The notes: a model not told the origin generated them from the sequence alone. 64,000 nucleotides of DNA from the human T2T-CHM13v2.0 reference genome, Homo sapiens (GCF_009914755.1 NC_060930.1); one strand, 5' to 3'; positions 12,895 through 24,999 are shown, numbered from the stretch's first letter. Numbers and translations are program-made.

Positions 12895-14469
12895 AAGATG
12901 TCAAGACAAATAGAAAATAAATTTAAATAGAGAAATATTTTATTCTCCCTAATCATACAGAAGTCTATATACTCTGAATGTGAATATATACTCCCCATCA
13001 CTTCATTATGCTTTATGTACCTTCATGAAGAGAAGAGTGTCAGTCACCTGTATTTTTTCTTAATTTTAGAATTAAATTTTAGAAAATAAATATGAGAAAG
13101 AGGCTGCAGCCTTAAAGATACAAACAAAAGATATTCTAAGGCAAATATAGCACCTTACAATTTGACTAAACATAGAAAGAAAAACATTGAAAAAATATTA
13201 AATCCTAAGAAGACAAAAATCAGACTTTATGAATTAGTATTTATTTTGGTAACATAGAGCTAATTGAGTTGATCATTTTAATTTTGAATATTTTAAAAAA
13301 TAAATTGAGAGGTGATCACAATAATTCTCAAGATAACACAAACGAAATAATTTTTTTTTAATAAATGCAGTTGTATAACATATAGTACTCAATTTCAACT
13401 GCTGGGACATCCTATGTCTTGGGTAGTGCTTTCATCTAAGGGTAATGGATGAGGAGATTTCTCCTACTACGTAGGAATCGGTGAGATAGCTGTGGGCAAG
13501 TTCAGGTAGAGTTAAGTTGGGGTACTAAGAATCACTAACAGAAAACTGGTTAGACTTGACATCAATGCTAAATACTCGTTTATTTATTGAAAAATATTTA
13601 TTTAATGCCTACTGTGCGCCAACACTTTTGTTTATAAATAATGCTGTGCATCAGAATTACAGAAATAACTCAGGGAGTTTTTTGGGGGTTGTGATAGTAA
13701 TAGTTTAGGTTGTGTTTTTTGTTTGATTGTTTTTAAAAATGTGTGCAGATTCTGTCCTCCAGAGGCCAGACCTAAGATAGTTCCCTTGGCTACATATTAG
13801 AAAAAGTTCTACAAATGATTTCAAGGTCTACATTTGGTTTGACACCATTACTTCAGTAAATTAGGTATAATAGGGCATACTAGGAAATATAAAAACAACA
13901 TAAAGTCAGATTATTCTAAGTATTCCAAATGTATCAGTTCTTGCAAGGTTGGTGTTAAACAAGTAAAAGTGTCAAGAATGTTGTTTAAATAATAAGTTTA
14001 ATCTAATGTTCAAATAAGGATGCTCTGTGAAATGTTACATAATACATGCTTCAGAAAACCAAGCCTATCGGAGCAAATCTAATGGTCTAGCCACAATTAC
14101 CCTTTGGTAAATGCTTTTCTTTTACGTGTTTTAGAGTCCAGGGGGAAAAAATGTCTCAGGTTATTTGGGCTAAAACGTAAATAACTGCAAATGGCAGCAA
14201 TAGTGGGCCAATTGAAATTTTCAAAAGTTATTAATGTCAAAAATATTTGTTGCCAATTATCTCTAGATGAGGAAAAAATATAGTTCTTTCTTGATCTACT
14301 TTGGCCATCAGGATTCAAGGTCACAACGCAGAAACAGTCTGTGTGCTTTAACTTTTAATAATGGCACAGATAAACCAAAGTTATCTTTGTATTTTCTCTT
14401 TTGAGCTTGCAAGTATCTGAAAACTTACTTAAAAGATGGTTCTTGGAAGTAAAACATATGCATTTTGAT

Positions 14470-14640
14470 GAATGCCACTTCCAAGCTTTGCCACACAATA
14501 CAAGTCACTCAAACTATTGACATGGTGTGTTTCAATTTACAAAACAAAGGTAATAACATTTGTCTTACATAAGTCACAGAGAGTATATAGAACCAAACAA
14601 ATATTATAAATAAAAGTTATTTTTAAACTGCAATTGTATT
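14470..14640 (+). mobile_element. MIR-family fragment
   Basis: 'caagtcactcaaact...gtttcaatttacaaaacaaaggtaataac' resembles a degenerate MIR core. Confidence 0.5.
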
Positions 14641-16943
14641 AACACAAATATACAATTTTAAGAAAATTCTGTTATGCCAATGTTATTGCATTACAAAGTC
14701 AAAAGGGATTTCAAAATTCACCTGGTATATGGAGTTCTGTGCCCAGATCAGAACAGTTGTCCCCATATGAGAAGACAATTTCAATTTAACAAAAGTAGAT
14801 ACTCATTTCATATGATTTAATCATTTCCACATTTTTCCCCAATTTTTATTACTTAATTGCTTTTGAGCAGTAGTCTTCTTCCATTCTCTATATTTTAGAG
14901 CAGTGGAAAAATATAGACAAAGATAGGTCAAATGACATTTTGGAAATAAACTTAATTAGAATGAGAGACAAGAGCTTTCAATGGGAGTTGCTATCTCATA
15001 ATCCAGATATTTGGGTTGGATTTATTAAACTTTGAGAAAAGAAAAATAAGAAAAAACACAATTGATGATAGCTGGCCTAATTCCAAAACTATAAGGACTA
15101 TCTCTTCTAGACAAAAGATCTTCTATCTATTAACATATTAACATTTTTTGAGATTTTTAATTTGAATGCAAACTTTACTTTTTTTTATCAAACAAGATTA
15201 AGTCAAGGAAGCGAATTCAGTAGGATTATTGATAGCATTAAGAGATTTATTATAGTAAATAGACATTACATGGTTCTGGGAAGAGATGAGGATGTAAAAT
15301 CCCCAGAATTCCAGAGAGCTGGAAAATCAAAGAGAAGGTCACATTAACCAGCCTGACTGAAGCACTGGCTTGGGTAGGCAGTTGAAGCTTGCAGGGAAAT
15401 GCTGTGAAGCTAATGACTTTCAGCCTCCAAAGTAAGCCCGTGACTGGGAAACTTGGGGAGAGGTCTATGGGAAGCTATTACCTCTATGTAGCTACAGCTT
15501 CTGTGGGTCTGTTGCCAAGCCTTAGCAGGAGGCTGCCATTTGTCAAGCATACACTAGAAAAAAATAAAGCCAATAACAAAGTCTGACTGGTTTGGCCAGT
15601 AAAAATACAAGGAACCTCTTTCAGAACCTCTTTTATTACTTACATAGACTGTGAAAAGAAGAATAACCCAAATCCCTTGTCCTTAGACACCTACAAGAAT
15701 GGCACCAAAACCAAGAAGCCAGAGGACTGCAATGGATGTTGTGGGATATATCACTGCTAAGGAGCCAATTCTAGCCTGCAGCTAAGAGGTTTTAGTCTAC
15801 AGCTCTATTCTGAGAGGTTAGGGCAAAAATTCCATTCCTCAACCCGGGAGGTGATGAGAAACTGTCTCATGACAGCCTCCCCGAGAGAATAAGGGGGAGG
15901 TTGGGAGACTGATCTCCGAATTGCTTCTTACTAAGTTACCATCCTTTCATGTTCTAGCAGGATCACAAAGTATTCTGTCAAAATTCAGGAAAGCTGTGGG
16001 TCAAGCCTTTCCTTGATGTTTTTTTATAACTTCATAGAGTGCGCTACACAAATTGCTTACCTGTTCCAACTCTCCTGGGTCCTAAGGAGAGGTATCTGCA
16101 GTAAAAGACTGCAAGTCCTGCTGTCTCTGAAATCTCTACAAGAAGTGAGAGATAATGGAAACCTTACCTACCTGGTGAAGCTTTGAAAAAATAAAGAAGG
16201 ATGGTATTCCGGAAAGCCAACCTGAAGAGATGAAGAGGGAGAGTGGTGAATGTTAGGAGCAGCTGGAGGGTATGTATTTGCCTTAAACTTAGTCCCTGGA
16301 GACTTTCTGAACTAATTTGGAGGAAAGTTAGCACTTAAAAAGCCCCCCTTGATTGTGATGATTGAAGTAAGAAGAGTAATAGTGATTTATTGCTATGATT
16401 TTGTGTCTTCTGTATCCTCAGATTCATATAATTTGGGAATTATGCATGTAGTTCTTTTCTAAAAGAATAAATTAGGATTTAGAAGTGTTAAACATGGAAG
16501 GTGGCTCTTGAAAGCTTACGTAGAATTTTTTATTCAATATTTACATTATCCATGTAAATTTATGATTATTAATGAGAGGATAAAAGTAAAGAGCATGGTC
16601 ATGTGTGCCAAAGTTGGGCATACACAGGTACCACATGTAAATGTGTGTTTGTAATGTAAGTAGGTCTATCATATCCATTTACTTTGAAAAACAGGCTGAG
16701 TAGATTAAACAAGCATAAAGTTTAGTGTTCAAACCAAATAATTTCCTTAAAGTTAATTATCCTGAATTTTAACACAGCTCCACTTTGAAAGAATTTTGGG
16801 CATTAGCAAATGGATTTTTTAGTAATAGCTTTAGAGCCTCCTAAGAAGATGTACAACCACTTCTACTTTATACTGGTCTTATTTACTAAAATCATCAGCA
16901 CTCCTTATACTGAATATACAAAGCACAATGCCCATACCATATA

Positions 16944-17284
16944 CAGATGTTCCTCAACTTATAAAAGTTTGATTTAAGATTTTTTGACTTTAAAATAGTA
17001 TAAAGCAGTAGGCATTCAGTAGAACAACTATTCTGTTTTTCACTTTCAGTATAGAATTCAATAAATTACATAAGATATTCAACTTTTTGTTTTAATAACC
17101 TTTATGTTAGATGATTTTGCCCAACTATAAGATAATATAAGTGTTCTGAGTATATTTAAGGTAGGATAGGCTAAGCTATGATGTTTTGTAGGTTAGGTAT
17201 ATTAAATGTATTTCAATTTACATTGTTGTCAATTTACAATAGGTTTACCAGGATGTAGTGTCATAGTAAGTCAAGGAGCATCTG
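16944..17284 (-). mobile_element. MER47A-like Tc1/mariner-Tigger MITE, complete
   Basis: TIRs cagatgttcctcaactta ... taagtcaaggagcatctg with TA TSD at 16942-43 and 17285-86; internal 'ttagatgattttgcccaact', 'ggctaagctatgatg'. Confidence 0.9.
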
Positions 17285-17286
17285 TA

Positions 17287-17774
17287 CTAAAATAGAACTC
17301 TGACCTGCAACCCCCAGCAACCAGCTAGGGAAGCTAAACCACAATGAGGAGCTAAACCACAATCTGCAGCAACCGGTTCAGGAAGCCAAACCACAATCTG
17401 CATAGCAAATGCCCACAAATGGTCAGAACTTAATCAGTAACTGACAGCTTCCCTAATTCCCACATCCTAAGCCCTTAACCACCTTTACTTTCCTATTTAG
17501 GACCAATCAAAGAAAGCCAGTTATCCTAGACTAACAAATCACCTAGGGTGTCCCACTGCTAGTTAGCCTGTCTCTAGCTTCCACATGCCAACAGTCTCCA
17601 ATCAGGGAATACCTGAAGCTTTCCCTTTCAATAACTATAAAGCTTTCACATTCCTTTGCCTGCCTTTGAGTCCCTGCCAAACCAAGTGATAATGACTGAC
17701 TCCCTGGCTGTAACAAGCTCTGAATAAACAGCCATTACTTATTGTCATTTGATTGGTCTTCATTTATTTCCACA
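17287..17774 (+). mobile_element. ERV1-class solo LTR (MER31-like); 5' tip probably split off by the MER47A insertion
   Basis: 'aaaatagaactctgacc...cagcaaccagc...aaaccacaa' repeats, CCAAT boxes, TATAAA (~17636), AATAAA (~17723), ends in CA. Confidence 0.75.
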
Positions 17775-17914
17775 GTGCTTAAATATACTTATTTAGTATG
17801 GATAGTTTGAGTAATTCAAGACTATTGAATGACTTTGAAACAAAGAAACAAAAAATAGTGGGCTTAAAACCCTTATTTAGAGGTGAGTTGATTTTCTTCT
17901 CAAACATCTGAGAA

Positions 17915-18110
17915 GAATAATTATCAGCTACCATTGATCAAGAGGTAGGCATATTTTAAGCCCTGCGCTAGATGTGTCCTATGGTTCACCTCATTTGATC
18001 ACATCAGCAGTTCTAAAGAATAGGTATTAAAGATGAAGAAATCAAAGAACCTAGAGGTTAAGTTTTCTGCCCAAAGCTAGCTAGGAGCTCATATGGTAGG
18101 GGAAGGAGGG
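17915..18110 (-). mobile_element. MIR
   Basis: 'ctcatttgatcacatcagcag...aaagatgaagaaatcaaag...agaggttaagttttctgcccaaag'. Confidence 0.7.
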
Positions 18111-18506
18111 GCTAAAATGAAACAAAATATATCACAAATATACATGTTGGAAGGATTTATTAAATCAATAATTTCTGTACTTTATAGTTAAGCTTATAAG
18201 TTTTGACAATAACATGGGTAAAAGGGCAAAGCTAATGGATAGCCTTAGATGATAAACATGGAATAAGGGAAGAATAGTTCTGACATGTGTAGTCATCAAA
18301 AAACTATAATCATTACATGTGTAATCATCAACAATTTAGCAAGTAAATTTAATGGGATGTTCTTTTCTCCCCTGGCACTCAGTTTACCAGTCTCAGGCAA
18401 TGGTTTCCCAAATATACAAGCCTTCACACCAGGTCTGTAAAATCCCCAATACAGGAACCTCTTTGCTAATTATAGAGAGGGCATTAAAGAGACCAAGCTT
18501 CCAGTC

Positions 18507-18641
18507 CAGTGGTTCTCAACTTCTGTTGCCTAGGTTAAATTCTATATCCATTAAATAAGAATCTTTGAAAAAAAGATGGAAACAGCAATAATTTTAAAGC
18601 TTCAGAGGTATTAAAATGTGTGCTTAAGTTGAAAGCCACTC
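18507..18641. mobile_element. MER5A-like hAT-Charlie MITE
   Basis: TIRs cagtggttctcaac ... ttgaaagccact. Confidence 0.6.
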
Positions 18642-18646
18642 TTGAT

Positions 18647-18870
18647 GAGGATTTCTTCAATTGTGAACTATAGACATTTTAGGACAGTTAATTCTTTGTT
18701 GGGTGTTGGGTGCTGTGTTATACATTGCAGAATGTTTAGCAGTATTCTTGACCTCTACACATTAGTGGTCAGTATCATCCACACCTTCCCACTGTTAATA
18801 ACCAAAAATGTGTTCAGATATTACCAAATGTCTTCTGGGGAGCAAAATAGCCTCTCATTGAGAACCACTC
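18647..18870 (-). mobile_element. MER20 hAT-Charlie MITE
   Basis: 'gacattttaggacagttaattctttgttg...cattgcagaatgtttagcag...accaaaaatgtgttcagatattaccaaatgtc...ttgagaaccact'. Confidence 0.88.
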
Positions 18871-18914
18871 TTCTAGACCAAGGTCTGCTATAGGATCTCA
18901 AACATCATCCTATT

Positions 18915-19030
18915 GAGTGGTTCTCATACTCAGCATGTATCAACATCACCAGGAAGGGTTGCTCAAACTCAGATTGCTAGATTCTACACTGAAAGTGGAT
19001 TTAATGTGCCTGGGAAAAGGCTCAATACTT
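18915..19030. mobile_element. MER5A-like fragment
   Basis: 'agtggttctcatact...atcaacatcaccaggaagggttgctcaaactcagattgctag'. Confidence 0.6.
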
Positions 19031-19720
19031 TGATAGTATATTAAATTAGTTGTCATATTTAAAACCTATGTTTATCTGCTTTGTTCCCAACCTCAAAATT
19101 CCAATATAGCCAAGTTTCACACCCTTACCTAGCTATTTCAGAAAGTCTCCAAGTCATGTTTAAAAGTGCCCACAGAAGTTATTTCTTCTCTTCCTACGTT
19201 GGTGGCTGAGGTGATATCCCATGTCACCTTATCCTTTGTATATGATGCCCTCCTCTGCTTCACTTTCACTATAGATGACTACTTGTCCAGCATTAGTAGT
19301 TATTATAAGAATAGGGAAGGTTTCCCTCACCCCAGCCACACTACAGCCAGTTACATAGGCCAACAGTTGCAAATACCTTGTGAGCACTTAGTTTTACTAC
19401 CTTATTTTCCTATGGCTGTAACAGGGCTCCCTGAAAAATAGAGTAGGACAGAGAACATTATAATCATTGCATACTGCACAGAATTTTGTCCTGAAGCTCA
19501 CCCATGCTTTTTGGATAAAGCTGCTACTCCAAATTCTTTCCCTTTCTGTAATGTACACACAATCATTCTTGCGAGACTCCTCATTTCTCAGAAACCTGTA
19601 AGATCATCTCTATAACCCTCTGAATTTCGTTTAATATGTGAAATTTGGTTCTCAAGTTGATCAAGATAGCAGGGAAAAGAGAAAAATGAGTAGGAAGGTA
19701 AAGCCAACTTTTTTACAACT

Positions 19721-19815
19721 TGCTATGGTTTAGCTGTGTCCCCATCCAAATCTCATCTTAAATTCCCATGTGTTGTGGGAGGGATCTGGTGTGAGGTAAT
19801 TGAATCATGGGGATG
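19721..19815 (+). mobile_element. THE1-family LTR, 5' ~95 bp only
   Basis: 'tgctatggtttagctgtgtccccatccaaatctcatctt...tgggagggatctggtgtgaggtaattgaatcatgggg'. Confidence 0.85.
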
Positions 19816-19847
19816 CACAGTGCTGAGGGTAAGACTTAGCCCTTTAA

Positions 19848-20718
19848 AAACTCAAACAAATTTACAAGAAAAAACAACCCCATCAACTAGTGGGCGAAGT
19901 ATATGAACAGACACTTCTCAAAAGAAGACATTTATGCAGCCAACAGACGCATGAAAAAATGCTCATCATCACTGGCCATCAGAGAAATGCAAATCAAAAC
20001 TACAATGAGATACCATCTCACACCAGTTAGAATGGCGATCATTAAAAAGTCAGGAAACAACAGGTGCTGGAGAGGACGTGGAGAAATAGGAACAATTTTA
20101 CATTGTCGGTGGGATTGTAAACTGGTTCAACCATTGCGGAAGACAGTGTGGTGATTCCTCAAGGATCTAGAACTAGAAATACCATTTGACCCAGCCATCC
20201 CATTACTGGGTATATACCCAAAGGATTATAAATCATGCTGCTATAAAGACACATGCACATGTATGTTTATTGCAGCACTATTCACAATAGCAAAGACCTG
20301 GAACCAACCCAAATGTCCAGCAATGATAGACTGGATTACGAAAATGTGGCACATATACACCATGGAATACTATGCAGCCGTAAAAAATAATGAGTTCATG
20401 TCCTTTGTAGGGACATGGATGAAGCTGGAAACCATCATTCTCAGCAAACTATCACAAGGACAAAAAACCAAACACCACATGTTCTCACTCATAGGTGGGA
20501 ATTGAACAATGAGAACACTTGGACACAGGAAGGGGGACATCACTCACCGGGGCCTGTTGTGGGGTGGGGGGAGGGGGGAGGGTTATCTTTAGGAGATATA
20601 CCTAATGTAAATCACCAGTTAATGGGTGCAGCACACCAACATGGCACATGTATACATATGTAACAAACCTGCACATTGTGCACATGTACCCTAGAACTTA
20701 AAGTATATATATAAAAAA
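19848..20718 (+). mobile_element. 5'-truncated L1PA (PA4-PA6-like), ~870 bp
   Basis: ORF2p C-terminus ([10 protein letters not shown]...[14 protein letters not shown]...HMFSLIGGN*), 3' UTR and A tail. Perfect 17-bp TSD aagacttagccctttaa at 19831-19847 and 20719-20735. Confidence 0.97.
19903..20505 (+). pseudogene. L1 ORF2p C-terminal remnant (cysteine-rich domain) with in-frame TGA at 20152-20154
   Basis: ORF-track pieces 19903..20154 and 20263..20505 are in one frame. The stop is consistent with CGA>TGA CpG decay. Confidence 0.9.
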
Positions 20719-21479
20719 AAGACTTAGCCCTTTAAGTTAAGACTTAATCCTTTCTTGATTCCCACTATTGGATTTTCACATGGGAAGAAAGAAGCCAGAT
20801 ACTTTCCTAGCAGAAAAGCATTCTGTGTTTTTCCCCCATCAAAAATGAGTAAAGTATTACCCATACTTAACACAGTGCCAATGTTTCTTTGCAGATAAGG
20901 ATTTCTCTAGGGAGAATTTGCACCACTCTGCAAAGACGCTAATGAGGCAGACCAAGAGCTGACAGACTTATGCCAGGTAAGGTACTTTCTTCCCAGGTGG
21001 AGGCTGACTTTTTAGTTTTAATGTACTATCTTCTCTTTTTTCTGTTTATTGTTAACCATGCAGGTGTTCACAGACTTATTCCATTTAAACTTACTTTAAA
21101 TTTTGAATAGAATTATTTAGAGCTTCTAACTCCCCAAATTTCTCTTTTCTTTAACCTTGTTTTTAAGAAGGCCTTCCCCCCCCCCCCCTCTAATTTTCTA
21201 CTGAACTGACTTCTTGGTTCATGCAGTGGATAGTAAGCCTTTGGGAGTATAAAAATTGAAAGCCTGCTCCTGGCTGACCTAGTGAAGCAAACATTTAATA
21301 AATATCACCTCACTAATAGGGACATGTACTTGAAAGAGAAACTGACATTTGTCTTCTCCTTGAAACTAAACAGCTTGGCGTTAGCATATATGGAAGAGTC
21401 CCCTTTGGGGAGCTTATTTTTCTCCACAGTCAACATAGTGGGATGGGAAAGTATATAAAATCTTAATAAGTAACATTCC

Positions 21480-21635
21480 TTAGGCACTTAAAGGCCATAG
21501 CACAGTGTGCTAACTTCCTTACGTGTGTTGTTTTATTTAATCCTTACCTGAATGCATGGAATTATGAGTTACTTTTGCTGTTCTCACATTTTATAGCTGA
21601 GAAACTGAGCCTCATGTAACTTATTCAGCTTTGCA
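21480..21635 (-). mobile_element. MIR
   Basis: 'ttatttaatccttac...cacattttatagctgagaaactgagcctca'. Confidence 0.7.
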
Positions 21636-21672
21636 ATATACATACTTGGAAGACTTGTAGCAAACAGATGTA

Positions 21673-21860
21673 CAGAGGTTCTTAAACTTGGGCTCATGGA
21701 CTTCCATTGAATAAAATAACAGTTCAATCAATGACTTTAGTTTGCAATCCTATATCTATAATTGAATGCATTTATACACATTTATATTAGTTGAAAAGAT
21801 GACCACAGGCTTCATCAGACTGCCATAGTGGTCCATGGCATCCAAGTTCAGAATTGTTCA
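21673..21860. mobile_element. hAT-Charlie element (Charlie4-like)
   Basis: 'cagaggttcttaaacttgggctcatggac' ... 'ggcttcatcagactgccatagtggtccatggca'. Confidence 0.6.
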
Positions 21861-22289
21861 TGGCGATCTAATTTCCATCAGTATCTCTCCTGAGAGATAT
21901 CATCTCCTCATCTTGTGAAATCCTTTGTCTTCTTCAACATCTCTGTGTTATTTCTTCAGATTGGGGACAATGGTCTTCTCTAAAGTGGGCTTTCTGTACC
22001 ATTTTTAAGACAGGTAGTATTTACAAATCAATATGGTTTTTATGTGTGATATCAACAGCCTCTTAAAGTCCTCATACAATACACATAGCAACATATATTC
22101 AATTGCAAATAGCATTGATTCCATTTTATGTTGAAGTATACAAGTTTAAAGCATTTCATATACTTTTATTATTCAGGCTTCCAAGAATGGGAACCTTACA
22201 GCTATTATCTTTTTAGTATCTCGTCATCGATTACTGGAAGATGATACTATGTTACAATGAATCAAAAAGCTTTTGAAAGTTTTTATTCA

Positions 22290-22586
<297 letters not shown>

Positions 22587-22921
22587 TTATTTATATGTGG
22601 AACAAAAATATTTCAATCAGAAAATCACCTCTGTTTCTCTATATAGAAATTTGCTCATCCTTCCATTAACTTTTATAACTACTTATCTGCATTTTGTTCA
22701 GCAGTTTATCTCTTACTAATTTGTACTATAGTTACTTGAGTAAATCTTATCCCTCTGAGGGTCTGGTCATCATTATGTCTTCTAGTTCCTAGGGTAGAGT
22801 CTGGCACACTGTAAAAATCCAGGGAATTTTTGTTCATAAACGACAAGTATTTCTCTACACCCAGTAGACCCTAAGAGCCATAACAACTCTGTTTATGCTC
22901 TTAGCACAGATTGATTCCAAA

Positions 22922-22980
22922 GAGAGATGGAGAGAGAGAGAGACAGAGACAGAAAGACAGACAGAGAGATAGAGAGAGAG
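22922..22980. repeat. (GA)n/(GACA)n compound repeat
   Basis: Direct reading. Confidence 0.9.
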
Positions 22981-23980
22981 GTCTTATTCAAATGAAAAGT
23001 AATCATGTAAAGGAAATTTTAGGAAATGAAAGAAGTAAGTAACTCCCTCATTGGTAATTCTAATTATATTTGGCTTCTTATTAAGTCTTTTTTCCTAAGA
23101 TTCTTATTATTCCGAGATGCCATTTTAATCTATTTAAACAAAGAAATTTGTTGAATTTCTACTGAGGAAAATATATTATACCAAGCTTCATAAGGGGTAA
23201 AAAAATTCAAGGAGCTTAAAGCCTAAAACCAAAGGTATACATTTACAACTGTAAATGTATTGGTAATCACTCATCCAGTAAATAATCCAGTCAACTCATA
23301 CAGGTTCTTAGCAGGGTTACTAAGGATGTTACTTACAGTTTTGCAGGTTGTCTACTGTGAAATTTTAGGACAATTCAAGTCATTATAGATTTATGTATTT
23401 ATTATGACAATTTTCTAGCAGATAGCTAAAAAATGATTTTTGAGCAAGAAGCACCTTTAACAATCTTGCTCACAAATCTTTTAAATTGACAGTTCTGACA
23501 TACTGAAATACAAAGCAGATCTAATCTCTGCTGTTATGCATCTTACATTCTAAGTGAGATGAGTCAGATGATAAACAAACAAACAAAACCCAAGAAAGTA
23601 CAGGCATACCTCAGAGCAATTTCAGTTCCAAACCAGGACAATAAAGTAAGTCACAGGAATTTTGTTTTCCCAGTGCATATAAAAATCATGTGTACACTAT
23701 ACTATAGTCTATTAAGTGTTCAATAGTATTACACTTTTTAAAAAATACACATCTTAATTAAAAATACCTTATTACTATAAAATGCTAACGATCAGCGGAG
23801 GCTTCAGTAAGTTGTAATGTTTTTGCTGATGGAGGGTCTTCCCTCAATGTTGATGGCTACTGACTGATCAGAGTGGTTGTTGTTGAAGGTTGGGATGGCT
23901 GTGGGAATTTCTTAAAATAAGATACCAATAAAGTTTGCTGCATTGATTGACTCTTCCATTCAGAAAATATTTTTCCGTAG

Positions 23981-24282
23981 AGCTAAGTGTGATGGCTCAT
24001 GCCTGCATTCCCATGTACTTGAAAGGCTAAAGCAGGATGATTCTTTGAGGCCAGGAGTTAGATCAACTTGCGCAACATAGCAGGCCCTATCTCTAAAAAT
24101 ATGTTTTTAATTAGCCTGGATTTGTGGCAAGTGCCTATATTTCCAAATACTCAAAAGGCTGAGGCAGGAGGATCCCTGGAGATTAGGAGTTCTAGGCTGC
24201 AATGAGCTGTGATGACACCACTGCACTCCATCCTGGGCCATAGAGTGAGACTTTCTTTCCAAAAATAAAAATAAAAAAGAAA
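23981..24282 (+). mobile_element. AluJo-like element within Tigger1
   Basis: 'ggatccctggagattaggagttctaggctgcaatgagctgtgat' (J-type); degenerate TSD gaaaatatttttccgtag / gaaaagttttctttgtag. Confidence 0.92.
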
Positions 24283-24414
24283 GAAAAGTTTTCTTTGTAG
24301 CATGTGGTGCTGTGTGATAGCATTTAACTCACAGTAGAACATCTTTCAAAATTAGCATCTCTTCTATCAGACTCTACCACTGCTTTATCAATTAAAATTT
24401 ATTTAAGTATGAAT

Positions 24415-24493
24415 TTTAATTTTTTTAGAGACAGGGTTTTATTCTGCTTCTACTTCAGCCTGGGATTATAGGCATGAGCCACTGAGTCCAGCC
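24415..24493 (-). mobile_element. Internally deleted FLAM/Alu monomer
   Basis: 'ttttagagacagggtttt...ctgggattataggcatgagccactgagtccagcc' flanked by tatcaattaa at 24386-95 and 24494-503. Confidence 0.8.
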
Positions 24494-24657
24494 TATCAAT
24501 TAAGTTTATGTAATATCCTAAATCTTTTGTTATATTTTCAACAATGTTCATAGCATCTTTACCAGGAGTAGACTCTATCTTAAAAAACACTTTCTTTGCT
24601 CATTCATAAGAAGCAGTTCTTCATTTGTTCAAGTTTCATTGTAAGATTGCAGCAATT

Positions 24658-24952
24658 GGCTAGGTGCAGTGGCTCACGCCTGTAATCCCAGCACTTTGGG
24701 AGGCCGAGGCAGGTGGATCACGAGGTCAGGAGATCGAGACCATCCTGGCTAACACGATGAAACCCCGTCTCTACTAAAAATACAAAAAATTAGCCGGGCG
24801 AGGTGGTGGGCGCCTGTAGTCCCAGCTACTTGGGAGGCTGAGGCAGGAGAATGGCGTGAACCCCCGGGGGGCGGAGCCTGCAATGAGCCGAGATCGCGCC
24901 ACTGCACTCCAGCCTGGACGACAGTGAGACTCCGTCTAAAAAAAAAAAAAAA
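24658..24952 (+). mobile_element. AluY, Ye5-like
   Basis: 'gggcgaggtgg', 'gaacccccggggggcggagcctgc' and the 2-bp deletion in 'gacagtgagact'. TSD aagattgcagcaatt / aagatttcagcaatt (24643-57, 24953-67). Confidence 0.93.
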
Positions 24953-24999
24953 AAGATTTCAGCAATTTAGTCAAAAATAATCTTAAGCATCCATTTTTA

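Noticed and set aside
15250-16400. GC-richer block with minus-strand splice-donor-like motifs
   Set aside because: I could not assign it. There is no consistent ORF, and it is likely an ancient LTR-type repeat that needs a Dfam search.
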